This document shows positions 19,340 through 29,806 of a DNA stretch of 64,000 nucleotides, in pieces. The notes under the pieces are model-generated. The model made no database searches. It worked only from the letters and a program-made list of their open reading frames with translations, and was not told where the DNA came from. The stretch's first letter is position 1. Every line of letters begins with the position of its first letter. Origin of the DNA: Saprospiraceae bacterium (GTDB lineage: Bacteria; Bacteroidota; Bacteroidia; Chitinophagales; Saprospiraceae); contig OZ244987.1 of the NCBI GenBank assembly GCA_965223105.1, positions 2,300,192-2,364,191 of the forward strand. Reading direction: 5' to 3'. A program made the translations under genes and the position numbers.

Positions 19340-19419
19340 CGGTTAACTCATTGAATTCTGTGATTGCGAATTTGAATGGCTTTCTATACTACCTGATCCA
19401 TTAGGACAAAAATATATGC

Positions 19420-19427
19420 CAAATATA
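19420..19427 (-). promoter_or_regulatory. Candidate Bacteroidota -7 promoter box (TATATTTG) upstream of the permease array
   Basis: The minus-strand 8-mer TATATTTG matches the Bacteroidota sigma-A -7 consensus TAnnTTTG, 81 nt upstream of the ATG at 19339. I see no convincing -33 TTTG, so this is weak. Confidence 0.25.
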
Positions 19428-19654
19428 TATGTATTTGTAAGACAGGTACTTGCGTGCATAGGTATGGGTTTGGTGAAGTTCAGATTGTGCGGAAGTGGGC
19501 ACTAGCTGTTCGTTTTCGGACAGTCAAAGCGGGAGTTCACCTTTAAAATGATGAAGTTAACCACCGGTAGACTGGTGTTTTTCTGTCATTTCACTTTGAA
19601 TGATTCCATCCCTGATCGGCCGCATCCCATAAGAGGGTAGTTGCAGTGGTTAGA

Positions 19655-20395
19655 TTAGGAGTGGTTATGAGATATCGCAAAAAAATAGTATTCCGACCCT
19701 TGCTCGAAATGATCACAAAACTGCTCCAAAGACAGGGGCAATTTTTTGTCTAACCATTTATCCAAACAGAAAATATCATAGTCCTTTTCTTCAAAAAAGG
19801 TGAAGACTTCTTCCGGGGAATGTCCGTAGTGGTCTAGGCCCCCTTTGCCGCATTCGAAAAGTACGCCTGGCCGATCTCGCCCTATCGTTTTCTCTCCTCC
19901 CTTCAAAACCTCATATTCTCCACCTTCCACATCGATCTTGATTAGGTCTACAGGTGAAAATTCACTCGCTATTAGATCGAGCGGTAGCAGGTGCACTTTT
20001 ATGGTTTCAAGTTGAGCACGTTCTACATTGTATTTCCTGGGTTTGAGGCCACTATAGGCTTCGGCATTGATTACGTGATGGAATGATTCTATTCCTTTTC
20101 GATCTGACAAAGCGCCCTGATAGACTTTGACTCTGGGGTCAAATTTCTTTCTTAATGAATCAGCCAATCCCGGAATTGGCTCCACGGCTAAGTGACGACC
20201 TTGGGGAGCCCATGTTATCATTTGCTTTAGTACTTCTCCATGATGAGCACCTACGTCTATGCAATTTGAATTTTTATGTAAAAATTTTTTTAGAACGTTT
20301 TGTGTGAGTCGATCGTATTTTAGGTTCTTGGTCAAATCCCATCCCAGCCGGATAAGCATTGCCCGAAGACGGTTTTTTATGGTGATTTGCATCAT
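19655..20395 (-). CDS. FkbM-family methyltransferase
   Basis: Trimmed to MMQITIKNRL, whose ATG (20395..20393) overlaps the TGA of the upstream def-like gene as ATGA. Motifs: CIDVGAHHGE (SAM-binding loop) and LIKIDVEGGEYEVLKGG (FkbM signature). Confidence 0.75.
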   Translation of the reverse strand: MMQITIKNRLRAMLIRLGWDLTKNLKYDRLTQNVLKKFLHKNSNCIDVGAHHGEVLKQMITWAPQGRHLAVEPIPGLADSLRKKFDPRVKVYQGALSDRKGIESFHHVINAEAYSGLKPRKYNVERAQLETIKVHLLPLDLIASEFSPVDLIKIDVEGGEYEVLKGGEKTIGRDRPGVLFECGKGGLDHYGHSPEEVFTFFEEKDYDIFCLDKWLDKKLPLSLEQFCDHFEQGSEYYFFAISHNHS

Positions 20396-20886
20396 TCGGC
20401 CGTCCATCTCCATTTTAACGAATCTTGATCTAGAACATGGTCTACGGCTAAAATCCCATCCAAGTGATCGCACTCGTGTTGCAGTAGCTCAGATAGGTCA
20501 TTCGAATGGTGTTCTGCGATCTCAACCCATTGATCATTACGGTAAGAAACTCGACATGACCTATGTCGCTGAAGCCGCACCAGTAAGTTGGGAAAAGACA
20601 TACAGTCATCCCACAATATAAAGGTATCATCACTCAAGTCGCTAAGCACAGGATTAAACATGGCCAACGGTTGGCCAGTGTCGATCACAATCAATCGCTT
20701 CATCAAGCCAATCTGGGGAGCTGCTATTGCTCTTCCAAATTTGTGCTTTTTACGAAACAGTTGAATCAGTTCATACATCTTTTTTATCTGGGCCTCGAGC
20801 GAACCAATTTCGTGTTGAGCGACCGGTTCACATATCACCCTCAACCGAGGGTCACCAAGCAAAAGAATGTCTTTTAAGGATGCCAC
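20392..20886 (-). CDS. def: Peptide deformylase-like protein (divergent motif 2)
   Basis: PDF motif 1 GRAIAAPQIG and motif 3 QHECDHLDG are present. Motif 2 reads WDDCMSFP instead of the canonical EGCLS. The GTG start directly abuts the TAA of the upstream gene (TTT TAA GTG). Confidence 0.7.
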   Translation of the reverse strand: MASLKDILLLGDPRLRVICEPVAQHEIGSLEAQIKKMYELIQLFRKKHKFGRAIAAPQIGLMKRLIVIDTGQPLAMFNPVLSDLSDDTFILWDDCMSFPNLLVRLQRHRSCRVSYRNDQWVEIAEHHSNDLSELLQHECDHLDGILAVDHVLDQDSLKWRWTAE

Positions 20887-22539
20887 TTAAAACTGCATTT
20901 GAGTTAGACCTTGTTGAAAAACAATATCCACCGGAATATTCTTGACCGTCAAGCGATTGAGGTCTTCTTGTAAAGAAGGTTCGATCACTCCCATCTCCTT
21001 AATCATTTTGCTGGTGGCTTCGTAGTCCCCATCACCTTGTAAGGTCAAAAGGACTTGGGTCAGCTCATCGGTGGCTACTGCAAACCGTTCAAAATCTATA
21101 CTATACCTTCCCGACTCATCATCTCTCAAAAATGCTCCAGCGTTCCTTAAGAAGTTAAATCGAACCATATTGGCACGGCCATGGGCACTGGCGGCCCCAA
21201 AGCGAATAGACCTAAAAATGCTGGCCATAAAAGTCACGTAGTATGCGTTCAAATCTCCTTCGATCTCCCCTTTTTCATGCAATTGATTAATCATAAATAG
21301 CCCCAAAATATCTGCTTTGCCTTCCTCAATTGTGGACGCATGTTCTTTTAATGCTTTTCTAACCGTAGATTTTCCATCTACCGTTCTTTTTATCCCTAAG
21401 CCATGGGCTACCTCATGAAACATTGTATTGCTGAAGAAGGCATTAAAGTTGATTTGTTTGGCTTGCTCTGGGTCGATCAGAACTTCGGCAATAGGCTTTA
21501 ATATCAGGTCAAATTTTGCTCGCATTGCATTTTTTAATTGAAGTCTCCGAGTGCCTTTCTCCAATTGAACTTCTTCGTCATTCGGTAGGTTTATCGCGAT
21601 CGTCTTACTACCGGCATTACAATCTCCGGCATAATAGATCACATCATAAGCATTGAGCTCCGTATCTGTTCCAGGCTTCTCTGCCTTGTAGGAAGCCGGC
21701 ACCGGAAGATTCTGTTGTAATGCTGGTAGGAACTTTGCATACCGCGCCAGTCTCTCGCTCCACTCCATGTCTTTGATTAAGATGAAGCACTCATGAGCAG
21801 CCTTGTATCCAAACAACTGATCTTCATAGGTCTCAATAGGACCAATAACCACGTCAATGGGATTATCCTTCATCTCCAACCAGGCTAGGTCTGAAGGACG
21901 ATATTCATCAGTCAACATAGCTTGTGCTCGCAACGCAAGGTATTTCTGCAATCCGGGTTCATCGGCCAGGCCACTAGCTTGGTTTAGCAGTTCAGCAACT
22001 CTTTGCACTTGTGGCGCAAATTGCTCGCGGTACGGGACCGTAACAAGTTGGCCTGATTCATCCCTCCGGATGAAGTTATAGAGATCAGTCTTACCGGCAA
22101 GCGTTGACGACTCGAATTCCTCTTTGGTCATATCCTTTGGATAGAAATTCGCGCCAGCAGGTTTGGTAGTAAAACCATCCAGGAATGGTCGGTTATTATC
22201 TAGCCTATCCCAAGGTCCATAATTTATTTTGAGGAATGTAAGAACGGAGCTATCCTGGTATCTGGTCATCAGCGTTTCTCTATCTCCATATGCTTCATAC
22301 CAAAACAATTCATCCATGATCTCTGCTGCCTCAATCAATAACGGGATCATCTTTCGTTGATTTTCTGTTAGATGCTCCAGGGAAGCCGTAAGGCGAAAGG
22401 GTGCATAATTCGACAATCCCTGTTTGACGGTCTGTGAAGCTTGCGACTCTTTGGCAGTCTTGGCGGCTTGCGAAGGGGTCTCACAGGAGAAGACTACTAA
22501 GCCAGAAGCCAGAATCAAGTAGAAGACGGGATTTTTCAT
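20887..22539 (-). CDS. Zn-dependent hydrolase resembling the peptidase M49 (dipeptidyl-peptidase III) family, lipoprotein
   Basis: Signal/lipobox MKNPVFYLILASGLVVFSC. FHEVAHGLG (HExxH-type) followed by IEEGKADILG resembles the M49 HExxGH + EExxAE/D pair. Family assignment is from motif memory. Confidence 0.5.
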   Translation of the reverse strand: MKNPVFYLILASGLVVFSCETPSQAAKTAKESQASQTVKQGLSNYAPFRLTASLEHLTENQRKMIPLLIEAAEIMDELFWYEAYGDRETLMTRYQDSSVLTFLKINYGPWDRLDNNRPFLDGFTTKPAGANFYPKDMTKEEFESSTLAGKTDLYNFIRRDESGQLVTVPYREQFAPQVQRVAELLNQASGLADEPGLQKYLALRAQAMLTDEYRPSDLAWLEMKDNPIDVVIGPIETYEDQLFGYKAAHECFILIKDMEWSERLARYAKFLPALQQNLPVPASYKAEKPGTDTELNAYDVIYYAGDCNAGSKTIAINLPNDEEVQLEKGTRRLQLKNAMRAKFDLILKPIAEVLIDPEQAKQINFNAFFSNTMFHEVAHGLGIKRTVDGKSTVRKALKEHASTIEEGKADILGLFMINQLHEKGEIEGDLNAYYVTFMASIFRSIRFGAASAHGRANMVRFNFLRNAGAFLRDDESGRYSIDFERFAVATDELTQVLLTLQGDGDYEATSKMIKEMGVIEPSLQEDLNRLTVKNIPVDIVFQQGLTQMQF

Positions 22540-22767
22540 CGTTTTATCTTTTCTCTAGAATAATATTGGTTGGTACTTGGCGTTTGATCTTTGTCTTGAG
22601 CAAGCCGCTCACCACCGAGTACCAGCCGCTACTGCAAAGTAATCAGCGTCATAAATGATAACCAGAAAGAAGTTCTTGTTCGTCCTTGTCGTAGGATATA
22701 TCTTGCATCTTATTGCGGTGTCTCTCCTGATCAATACATCCTTTATTTCGCCATAGCAAATGCTTGC

Positions 22768-24858
22768 TTAAGTGGGGGTGAGTGAGTCTTCAAGTTTTTC
22801 TTGCTGACGTTTGAAATAATAATAGGTCTCCACTTGTGATTGTACTGGTATCCCATTACCCCCTTTGACATATTCGTTTTTATGTTCAGCATCAATAATT
22901 CGTGCTTTCACGTTGTCATTGAGCTGTGTCTTCAGGAGGTCCATAATGAGTTCTTTGATCGATTCATTATAGATTGGAAAGGCAGTTTCCACCCGGTAAC
23001 TTAAGTTGCGTGTCATCCAGTCAGCGGAAGATAAATAGATTTGTTGATCACCATTGTTGTGAAATAGGAAAATCCGGGCATGCTCCAGATATCGGTCTAC
23101 AATACTAATGGCATATATATTGTCAGAGTATCCCGGTAATTGGGGAATCAGACAGCAGATACCCCGAACAATCAGTTGAATTTGAACACCTGCCTGGCTC
23201 GCCTGGTAGAGATGATCAATCATGTCAATGTCTTGTAAGCTGTTGAGTTTTAAGATGATTTTTGCCTCTCTTCCCGCGTGTGCATTGGCAATCTCCTGAT
23301 CGATAAGCTCTACAAGTTTTGTGCGTAGATTGAATTGACCGACGAGCAGATGATCGAATTCCTGCTCTGGCAATTTACGTGTCTCCAAAATGGTAAAGAT
23401 TCGAGCAATTTCAACAGTGATTCGTTCATCCGCAGTGAAGAGTCCAAGATCACTGTAAATCTTGGCGGTAATCTCATGAAAATTGCCGGTGCTGAGGTAA
23501 GTATAGAGCTTGGGTACACCATCTTCGATTCTCCTGATTAGTGCAGCCTTCGCATGTACTTTGAGACCAGGGAAACTATAATGCACACGGACTCCGGCAC
23601 CAGACAACTTACTGCCCCAGTTTAAATTGGCCTCTTCATCAAATCGTGCTTTTACCTCCACGAAGGCAGATACTCTTTTGCCACGCTCCACAGCATCCAT
23701 CAGCGCTTCCATAATCTGGGAGCTCTTGCCCACTCGGTATTGTATGATTTTTATGTGTGTAACGTCAGGATCTGTAGCTGCCTGCTGAAAAAATTTAACC
23801 ACTGAATCATAACTGTGGTAGGGCAAATGAATCAGGTGGTCCTCCGTGGTAATTGTGGAAAAAATATCTCTGCTTCTTTCCAAAGGTACGTAGGGGAGTG
23901 GTGGAAGCTCTTGTCGCTTGAGATGTTCCATTCCGAAATCGGGGAACTGAAAGAAATCGAAATTGTTGTGGTAGCGGCCTTCCGGAAGTAGGTCATAGTT
24001 TTCCAATTCGAGTACTGTCTGCAAATATCTCAATAGTGCTTTAGGCATCTCACGATCATACACCAGGCGTGAAGCTGGGCCGACATTTCTCCTCTGCAGG
24101 CTGGTTTTGATCTTTTCGAGGAGGTCACCGGAAAACTCATCATCGATATATAGCTCCGCATCGCGGGTTAACTTGATGGAATACGTGTCTTCAACTTCAA
24201 ATCCCGGGAACAGCCAGGCAATGCTATGTCGCACAATATCATCAATCATGATCAAGTCGTGCTGTTCCTCTTCCGAAGGCAAGGTGATAAATCGCGGTAA
24301 ATGGTCGGAAGGAATTTTCACGATAGCATATTGATAAGGTGCTTTAGGCTTATCCTTCGTTCTCATCATGACCGTTAGGTAAAGTGATGAATTCGTCAAG
24401 AAGGGACGGATTTTATTTCTTACCAACAAGACGGGTTGGACATATGGCAACATGTGATCTCTAAAATATTGCTCGACGAATTCCTGTTGTTCCTCGTTGA
24501 GATCCAATCTGCGTTTGAGATGGATTCCTTGTCGGCTCAATGCAGGTACAATTTCATCTTCGAATATTCGACTGAATTCCTCCTGTTGATTGTTGACTAT
24601 GGCCAGTAATTCTTTAAGTACTGCCCGAGGTTTAAACTCTAGTTCTTTTTTGGTTTTTTTCCCAATACGCAATAGGTTCCGTTGTTGAGCTACACGCACT
24701 GCAAAAAACTCGCCCAAGTTGGAAGAGTAAATGGCCATGAACTTTATCCTCTCAAATAGAGGTACCGACGTATCCTTAGCTTCTTGCAGAACTCGATAGT
24801 TAAAAGACAGCCAGCTGATGTCCCGCTCAATGTGTGGTATTTCCTTTTCTGTAGTCAA
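22768..24858 (-). CDS. ppk1: Polyphosphate kinase 1
   Basis: N-terminal RDISWLSFNYRVLQEA, the correct length (696 aa) and C-terminal PLD-like HxK modules (KVHAKAALI). TTG is the only canonical start after the in-frame stop at 24862..24864. Confidence 0.9.
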   Translation of the reverse strand: MTTEKEIPHIERDISWLSFNYRVLQEAKDTSVPLFERIKFMAIYSSNLGEFFAVRVAQQRNLLRIGKKTKKELEFKPRAVLKELLAIVNNQQEEFSRIFEDEIVPALSRQGIHLKRRLDLNEEQQEFVEQYFRDHMLPYVQPVLLVRNKIRPFLTNSSLYLTVMMRTKDKPKAPYQYAIVKIPSDHLPRFITLPSEEEQHDLIMIDDIVRHSIAWLFPGFEVEDTYSIKLTRDAELYIDDEFSGDLLEKIKTSLQRRNVGPASRLVYDREMPKALLRYLQTVLELENYDLLPEGRYHNNFDFFQFPDFGMEHLKRQELPPLPYVPLERSRDIFSTITTEDHLIHLPYHSYDSVVKFFQQAATDPDVTHIKIIQYRVGKSSQIMEALMDAVERGKRVSAFVEVKARFDEEANLNWGSKLSGAGVRVHYSFPGLKVHAKAALIRRIEDGVPKLYTYLSTGNFHEITAKIYSDLGLFTADERITVEIARIFTILETRKLPEQEFDHLLVGQFNLRTKLVELIDQEIANAHAGREAKIILKLNSLQDIDMIDHLYQASQAGVQIQLIVRGICCLIPQLPGYSDNIYAISIVDRYLEHARIFLFHNNGDQQIYLSSADWMTRNLSYRVETAFPIYNESIKELIMDLLKTQLNDNVKARIIDAEHKNEYVKGGNGIPVQSQVETYYYFKRQQEKLEDSLTPT

Positions 24859-25115
24859 TTTTTAGATCATTGGTTTTAAGTCCTTCGTCTGAGGAGCAAG
24901 ATAGAAAATCGGGTGCTAAGATCCATGCCAGAGTTCATTTGAGTGGAAGCTTAATATCTGCAGCGCTCAGAAAGTTGAAACTCGTGAGCTCTCTCGGGAA
25001 ACTGCATCTTCAAAAAATGAGCCGATTTCGTACCTGCCGGTGAGATCCAATCAGACGGGTCAGGTTTTTACTTTTTAAAGGTAGGCTGATGCCTGATCAT
25101 CATTCCGGTGGAGAT

Positions 25116-26159
25116 TCAAAAGTAATCGACATCGATGGCATAAGGATACTCCAGGAGGTAGCTCATGGCTTTCTCCAAAGGTAAACCCTTAAAAATGACG
25201 GCGTAGAGCATTTCCACAATTGGCACATCTAATTGCTGGCGTGTTGAAAAGTGATGGATGAGCTCGATGGTTCTAACACCTTCGGTCAGATCGTGTGGTG
25301 CGGACTCAATTTGTTCTTTGGTCTTTCCTCGAGCAATTTGATATCCAAACGAATAGTTGCGACTATCCGGGCTCGTGGCAGTAGCGATGAGGTCACCAAT
25401 ACCGGCCGTTCCGAAAAAGGTTTTTGAGTCGGCGCCCATAGCTCTACCGATTAAAAGCATCTCTCGCAAACCTCTGGTAATAAAGAGAGATTCGATGTTT
25501 TTCCCAAGGTGTAATCCCGCAATCATACCAGTGCCTACTGCGATCATATTCTTAAGTGCACCCGCGATTTCGGTACCTAATAAATCATGTGATCCATAAA
25601 TCTTAAAGCGTTCAGAGTTGAGTATGTGGTGACCAACGGTGATCACCTCATCAAAATCGCTGGCAATCACCGTAGCCGCTGGGAGTCCCTTGCGCAGTTC
25701 AACCGACAGATTAGGACCTGAAATACATCCCACCCGAACCACTTGAGATTCTTCAATGATCACTCGGCTCATCGTACGCAGATTTGATTTGGTAATCCTT
25801 GGGTGAGGACTGTCGAGATTGACATTCACCAAGTCAAATCCCTTGGTGGCGTGAATCATCAGGTGATTTGGATACAAGTGGTCAGAAAAATCTCGAATCA
25901 CCCGACGAAATGACGCCGAAGGCACCACCGGCACCAAAACTCTACAAGCAGAACAGATTTCAGCGGCAGATGATGTAGCACTTACATTGTCAGGCAGGGT
26001 AAAGCCGTCGACTGCTTCGCCAGCGTTTATGGCTTCAGTAATCTCTTGACGACGGGCATAGATGATCACCCTGCAGTTGCGCGCTAGGATGCTGGCCAGT
26101 GTGGTGCCGAAGCTACCAGCACCGATTACTCCGACGATCTCTGGACAGTAGTTTTTCAA
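25116..26159 (-). CDS. gpsA: NAD(P)H-dependent glycerol-3-phosphate dehydrogenase
   Basis: Rossmann motif VGVIGAGSFGTTLA, GALKNMIAVGTG and PLVEM-like IVEMLY. TTG is the only canonical start upstream of the Rossmann strand. Confidence 0.85.
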   Translation of the reverse strand: MKNYCPEIVGVIGAGSFGTTLASILARNCRVIIYARRQEITEAINAGEAVDGFTLPDNVSATSSAAEICSACRVLVPVVPSASFRRVIRDFSDHLYPNHLMIHATKGFDLVNVNLDSPHPRITKSNLRTMSRVIIEESQVVRVGCISGPNLSVELRKGLPAATVIASDFDEVITVGHHILNSERFKIYGSHDLLGTEIAGALKNMIAVGTGMIAGLHLGKNIESLFITRGLREMLLIGRAMGADSKTFFGTAGIGDLIATATSPDSRNYSFGYQIARGKTKEQIESAPHDLTEGVRTIELIHHFSTRQQLDVPIVEMLYAVIFKGLPLEKAMSYLLEYPYAIDVDYF

Positions 26160-26352
26160 AGGATGTCAAGAAGAATTGGTCAGAAAGATACTCATTTGTG
26201 AGATGGAGTGATTCTCTGTTTCAAGAGAATGTTGAATAGAACAGATTTTGCTTTCCTTCTTCGGGAGGTACTAGCCAACCTAGTTGAGTATGCGGGATCT
26301 CCATTGAGGATGATCGAAGGTGTAGATTTAAGTGATCTGTGGCGATTCAGTA

Positions 26353-28233
26353 CTATTTTCGTTTGGTTCTTTGCTCAGCAATCCGTTGTTGTTCTTCGAG
26401 AGCTTTGGCCAGCCTTTCCTGAAAGCCACCTTTTTTCTTTGGCTTCTTCTTGTTGGCATTTAATTCGACCATGATTTTGTCATTATCGATCAGATAATTT
26501 TTAGTTACCAAGGTCTGAGTAATATTCAGCAGATTGCTGAACAGCAGATAACATGTTAAACCCGAGGCATAACTGTTGAAGAAAAACACAAACATCAATG
26601 GCATGACATATTGCATGTATTTCATCATAGGATTGATACTGCTCATGTCCATTATCTTACTGTTGTAATAGGTGTAGATCAGCATCGAAATAGCCCATAA
26701 AAAGGTAAACAAACTCAGATGGCTTCCTAGAAAAGGAATTTCGAAAGGAAGTTGAAAAAAGACATCATAACTCGATAAATCATTGGCCCATAAAAAAGAG
26801 GCCTGTCGAAATTCTATCGAAGCTGGAAAAAATCTGTAGAGGGCAAACCAAATGGGCATCTGTAAGACCATAGGAAAGCAGCCACCTGCTGGATTTACTC
26901 CATATTCCCGATAGATTTTCATTGTTTCCATCTGTACTTTCTGGGCATCATCCTTATATTTTTCCTTCAACTTAGCCATCTGTGGTTTCAGTGCACCCAT
27001 CTTGCTCTGTGAGTATAGCATCTTATAGGTAAGAGGATATACCAATGATTTTACAATCAAGGTGAGGAGGAGAATGACAATACCGGCGCTCCCGATATAG
27101 CGGGAAAGAAAATTGAAGATCGGTCTGATGACCCATCGATTGATTGTGCCGAAGATACTCCAACCAAAAGGTATGATGTCTTCCAAATCGATCTGAAAAT
27201 CTTGCAATCGTTCAAATTCATTTGGGCCGAGGTACCAACTCATATCGATCGATTCATCGGATGTCCCCTGCAGTGGGATATCTATGATACAATTGGCCAG
27301 CTTTAGGTCTTCGTTGTCTTCATCTAGAGTGATTGTTTCTAAGCGAGCTCTTTCGAAAGACTGATCGGCAATCAAAGTGGTGTTGAAAAATTGATGGCTG
27401 TGAGATACCCACTTCAGCGCAGATTCAACCTCTTCAACATCATCACCGGTACTCGAACAATAGGTGGGGTCCTCATCAGTCTCTTTGTAGTAAATGGTGG
27501 CTACAATACGTTCGTAACCGTCATTTTTCTCGATTTTGTCCAGATAATTGACCCAGTGCAGTTGGAGTCTCTTTTCCTTGGGGTCAATCATTTTGTCTAA
27601 TCCCTTAAATTCCACACGGTAATCCAGTTCATAACCATGTGTAGTCAAAGTATAAATCTGACTAAAAGACCGGCCTGGTCCAAGGTGGGCAGTTAAACGA
27701 ATGCTTTGGTCATCAATTTGAACATCATCAAAAAAAAGCTCTCCACTGCGAACCCTTCCGTTGGCAGCAGAGGGTACGGGGAAGATATATTCAAATCGAT
27801 TCTTCTCATCTTCAAGGAGATATAAGTCCTGGTATTCATCCTTCCGCTGTTCGTTTTCAATCAGTTTTTGGTATTTTTTAAGCAGTATCGACCTAATCGC
27901 GCCTCCTTTGGTGTCAAATGAAATGCGCATCACCTCGTTTTCAAGGATATGGGTAGCTTGGTTTCCTGAGGCTGCTGGTGCAAAGGCACCATAATCTCGT
28001 TGCAAAATGAGTTGCTCCACAGAGTCATTCGAAGTCGGTGCTTCAGCGTTGACATCTACCTCAATGCTCGGCAAACCAGGTGTATCAGGAACGGGTGTCT
28101 GTTCCGCCAGGGCGATCGAATCCTTGACCCGTTGCATCTCGGCAAGTTGCTCCTCCGTAGGCGCATTCATTCTTGCCCATAGATAGAAAAGCAAGAAAAT
28201 CAGCACTATACCAATAATGGTGTTCTTATCCAT
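26353..28233 (-). CDS. yidC: Membrane protein insertase YidC (long Bacteroidota form)
   Basis: MDKNTIIGIVLIFLLFYLW N-terminal TM, a large periplasmic domain, a C-terminal 60-kDa insertase core (GCFPMVLQMPIWFALY) and a basic tail. The ATG at 28233 is preferred over the GTG at 28236. Confidence 0.9.
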   Translation of the reverse strand: MDKNTIIGIVLIFLLFYLWARMNAPTEEQLAEMQRVKDSIALAEQTPVPDTPGLPSIEVDVNAEAPTSNDSVEQLILQRDYGAFAPAASGNQATHILENEVMRISFDTKGGAIRSILLKKYQKLIENEQRKDEYQDLYLLEDEKNRFEYIFPVPSAANGRVRSGELFFDDVQIDDQSIRLTAHLGPGRSFSQIYTLTTHGYELDYRVEFKGLDKMIDPKEKRLQLHWVNYLDKIEKNDGYERIVATIYYKETDEDPTYCSSTGDDVEEVESALKWVSHSHQFFNTTLIADQSFERARLETITLDEDNEDLKLANCIIDIPLQGTSDESIDMSWYLGPNEFERLQDFQIDLEDIIPFGWSIFGTINRWVIRPIFNFLSRYIGSAGIVILLLTLIVKSLVYPLTYKMLYSQSKMGALKPQMAKLKEKYKDDAQKVQMETMKIYREYGVNPAGGCFPMVLQMPIWFALYRFFPASIEFRQASFLWANDLSSYDVFFQLPFEIPFLGSHLSLFTFLWAISMLIYTYYNSKIMDMSSINPMMKYMQYVMPLMFVFFFNSYASGLTCYLLFSNLLNITQTLVTKNYLIDNDKIMVELNANKKKPKKKGGFQERLAKALEEQQRIAEQRTKRK

Positions 28234-28471
28234 CACAATGCCCTGTTGAAAAATTTCGGCAAAGGTACAATTTTGATGCCAGCGTCAAACATATCTCCGA
28301 CAAACGAAGGTGAAGGATAGAGAAAGGCTTCTTGAGCGTTGAACATACCCGACAACCGTGCCGTTTAGTTCTTGGGACCTCCATTCCCTGGATGGTACCA
28401 TCTGCAGTAAGCGATATGATGGGTAAATCGTTATTTTCGCATCTATTTTTCATTGACAAGAATCTATTCCA

Positions 28472-29806
28472 ATGTTCGAAAGCCTAAATGACAAGTTAGA
28501 GGGTGCTTTCAAGGTCCTTAGCGGGCAGGGCAAACTCACCGAAATCAATATTGCACAGTCAATCAAAGAAATCCGGCGAGCCCTGGTAGCCGCAGATGTT
28601 AACTACAAGATCGCCAAAGAGTTTACCGACAAAGTAAAGGATGAGGCCCTGGGTAAGCAGAATGTGTTAAAGTCTGTCAAACCAGGTGAGCTGATGGTCA
28701 AAATTGTGATGGATGAATTGATCGCCTTAATGGGAGGGCAAGCAGTCGGTATTAATGTGAGTGGAGATCCTGGCGTTGTTCTGGTGGCAGGATTGCAGGG
28801 ATCAGGAAAAACCACTTTTAGTGCCAAATTGGCTCATTATCTGAAGAGCAAGAAAAAGAAAAATCCTTTATTAGTGGCAGGTGATGTGTATAGACCTGCA
28901 GCTATCGATCAGCTGCAAGTCTTAGGCGACCGTATCAATGTGCCAATCTATAAAGAAGTTGACAATAAAGATCCCGTGGATATTGCGGCGAAAGCTCTAT
29001 TGTTTGCCAAGCAAAACAGTCACGATGTGGTGATCGTTGACACTGCTGGTCGTCTGGCCATTGACGAACAGATGATGGACGAAATCTCTAACATCAAGAA
29101 CACCATCCTACCATCTGAGACTTTGTTTGTAGTGGATGCCATGACAGGACAAGATGCGGTCAATACGGCGAAAGCATTCAATGAGGTCATTAATTATGAT
29201 GGCGTGGTGCTTACCAAACTGGATGGCGATACCCGGGGTGGAGCCGCGTTGACGGTAAAGTACACGGTTGGAAAGCCGATCAAGTTTGTCAGCTCAGGCG
29301 AATCAATGGACACACTTGATGTCTTTCACCCCGATCGGATGGCTCAACGAATTTTGGGGATGGGAGATATCGTTTCTTTTGTCGAGAAAGCCCAGGAACA
29401 ATTTGATGAAAAGGAAGCCAAGCGGCTGGAGAAGAAAATCAAAAAGAACAAATTTGACTTTAATGATTTTCAAAGTCAGTTGAAGCAGATTAAGAAAATG
29501 GGCGATGTTAAGTCATTGATTGGGATGATTCCGGGTATGAGCAAGATCACCAAAAATTTGGATATTGATGACAAGGCTTTCAATAAGGTCGAGGCCATCA
29601 TACAGTCCATGACCCTGGAAGAACGCGCAAACCCAGAGTTGCTCAATATGAGCAGAAAGAGACGTATTGCACTCGGCTGCGGCCACGATATTCATGAGAT
29701 CAACATGTTTGTCAAACAGTTTCACCAGATGCGTAAAATGATGCACAAGTTGAGCAAAGGAAATTTTAATGAGGCCATGGCCGGCATGCGAGGGCCTAAG
29801 AGATAG
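28472..29806 (+). CDS. ffh: Signal recognition particle protein Ffh
   Basis: MFESLNDKLEGAFKVL start. SRP54 G-domain motifs are present (GLQGSGKTT, DTAGR, TKLDGD), followed by a Met-rich M domain. Confidence 0.95.
   Translation: MFESLNDKLEGAFKVLSGQGKLTEINIAQSIKEIRRALVAADVNYKIAKEFTDKVKDEALGKQNVLKSVKPGELMVKIVMDELIALMGGQAVGINVSGDPGVVLVAGLQGSGKTTFSAKLAHYLKSKKKKNPLLVAGDVYRPAAIDQLQVLGDRINVPIYKEVDNKDPVDIAAKALLFAKQNSHDVVIVDTAGRLAIDEQMMDEISNIKNTILPSETLFVVDAMTGQDAVNTAKAFNEVINYDGVVLTKLDGDTRGGAALTVKYTVGKPIKFVSSGESMDTLDVFHPDRMAQRILGMGDIVSFVEKAQEQFDEKEAKRLEKKIKKNKFDFNDFQSQLKQIKKMGDVKSLIGMIPGMSKITKNLDIDDKAFNKVEAIIQSMTLEERANPELLNMSRKRRIALGCGHDIHEINMFVKQFHQMRKMMHKLSKGNFNEAMAGMRGPKR

Noticed and set aside
26208-26474. 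88-aa + strand ORF in the gpsA-yidC gap
   Set aside because: Over a third of it overlaps the 3' end of yidC on the opposite strand. It has no motif and no plausible partner genes on the + strand.
28226-28459. 77-aa minus-strand ORF just upstream of yidC, a position where yidD or rnpA often lie
   Set aside because: The sequence lacks the YidD signature (..SP..CRF.PTCS.Y..) and any RnpA similarity. It overlaps the yidC start and lies in the divergent yidC/ffh promoter region.
28237-28471. Possible SRP (4.5S/ffs) RNA next to ffh
   Set aside because: No match to the conserved domain IV motif (..GGTCAGGTCCGGAAGGAAGCAGCC..) on either strand.
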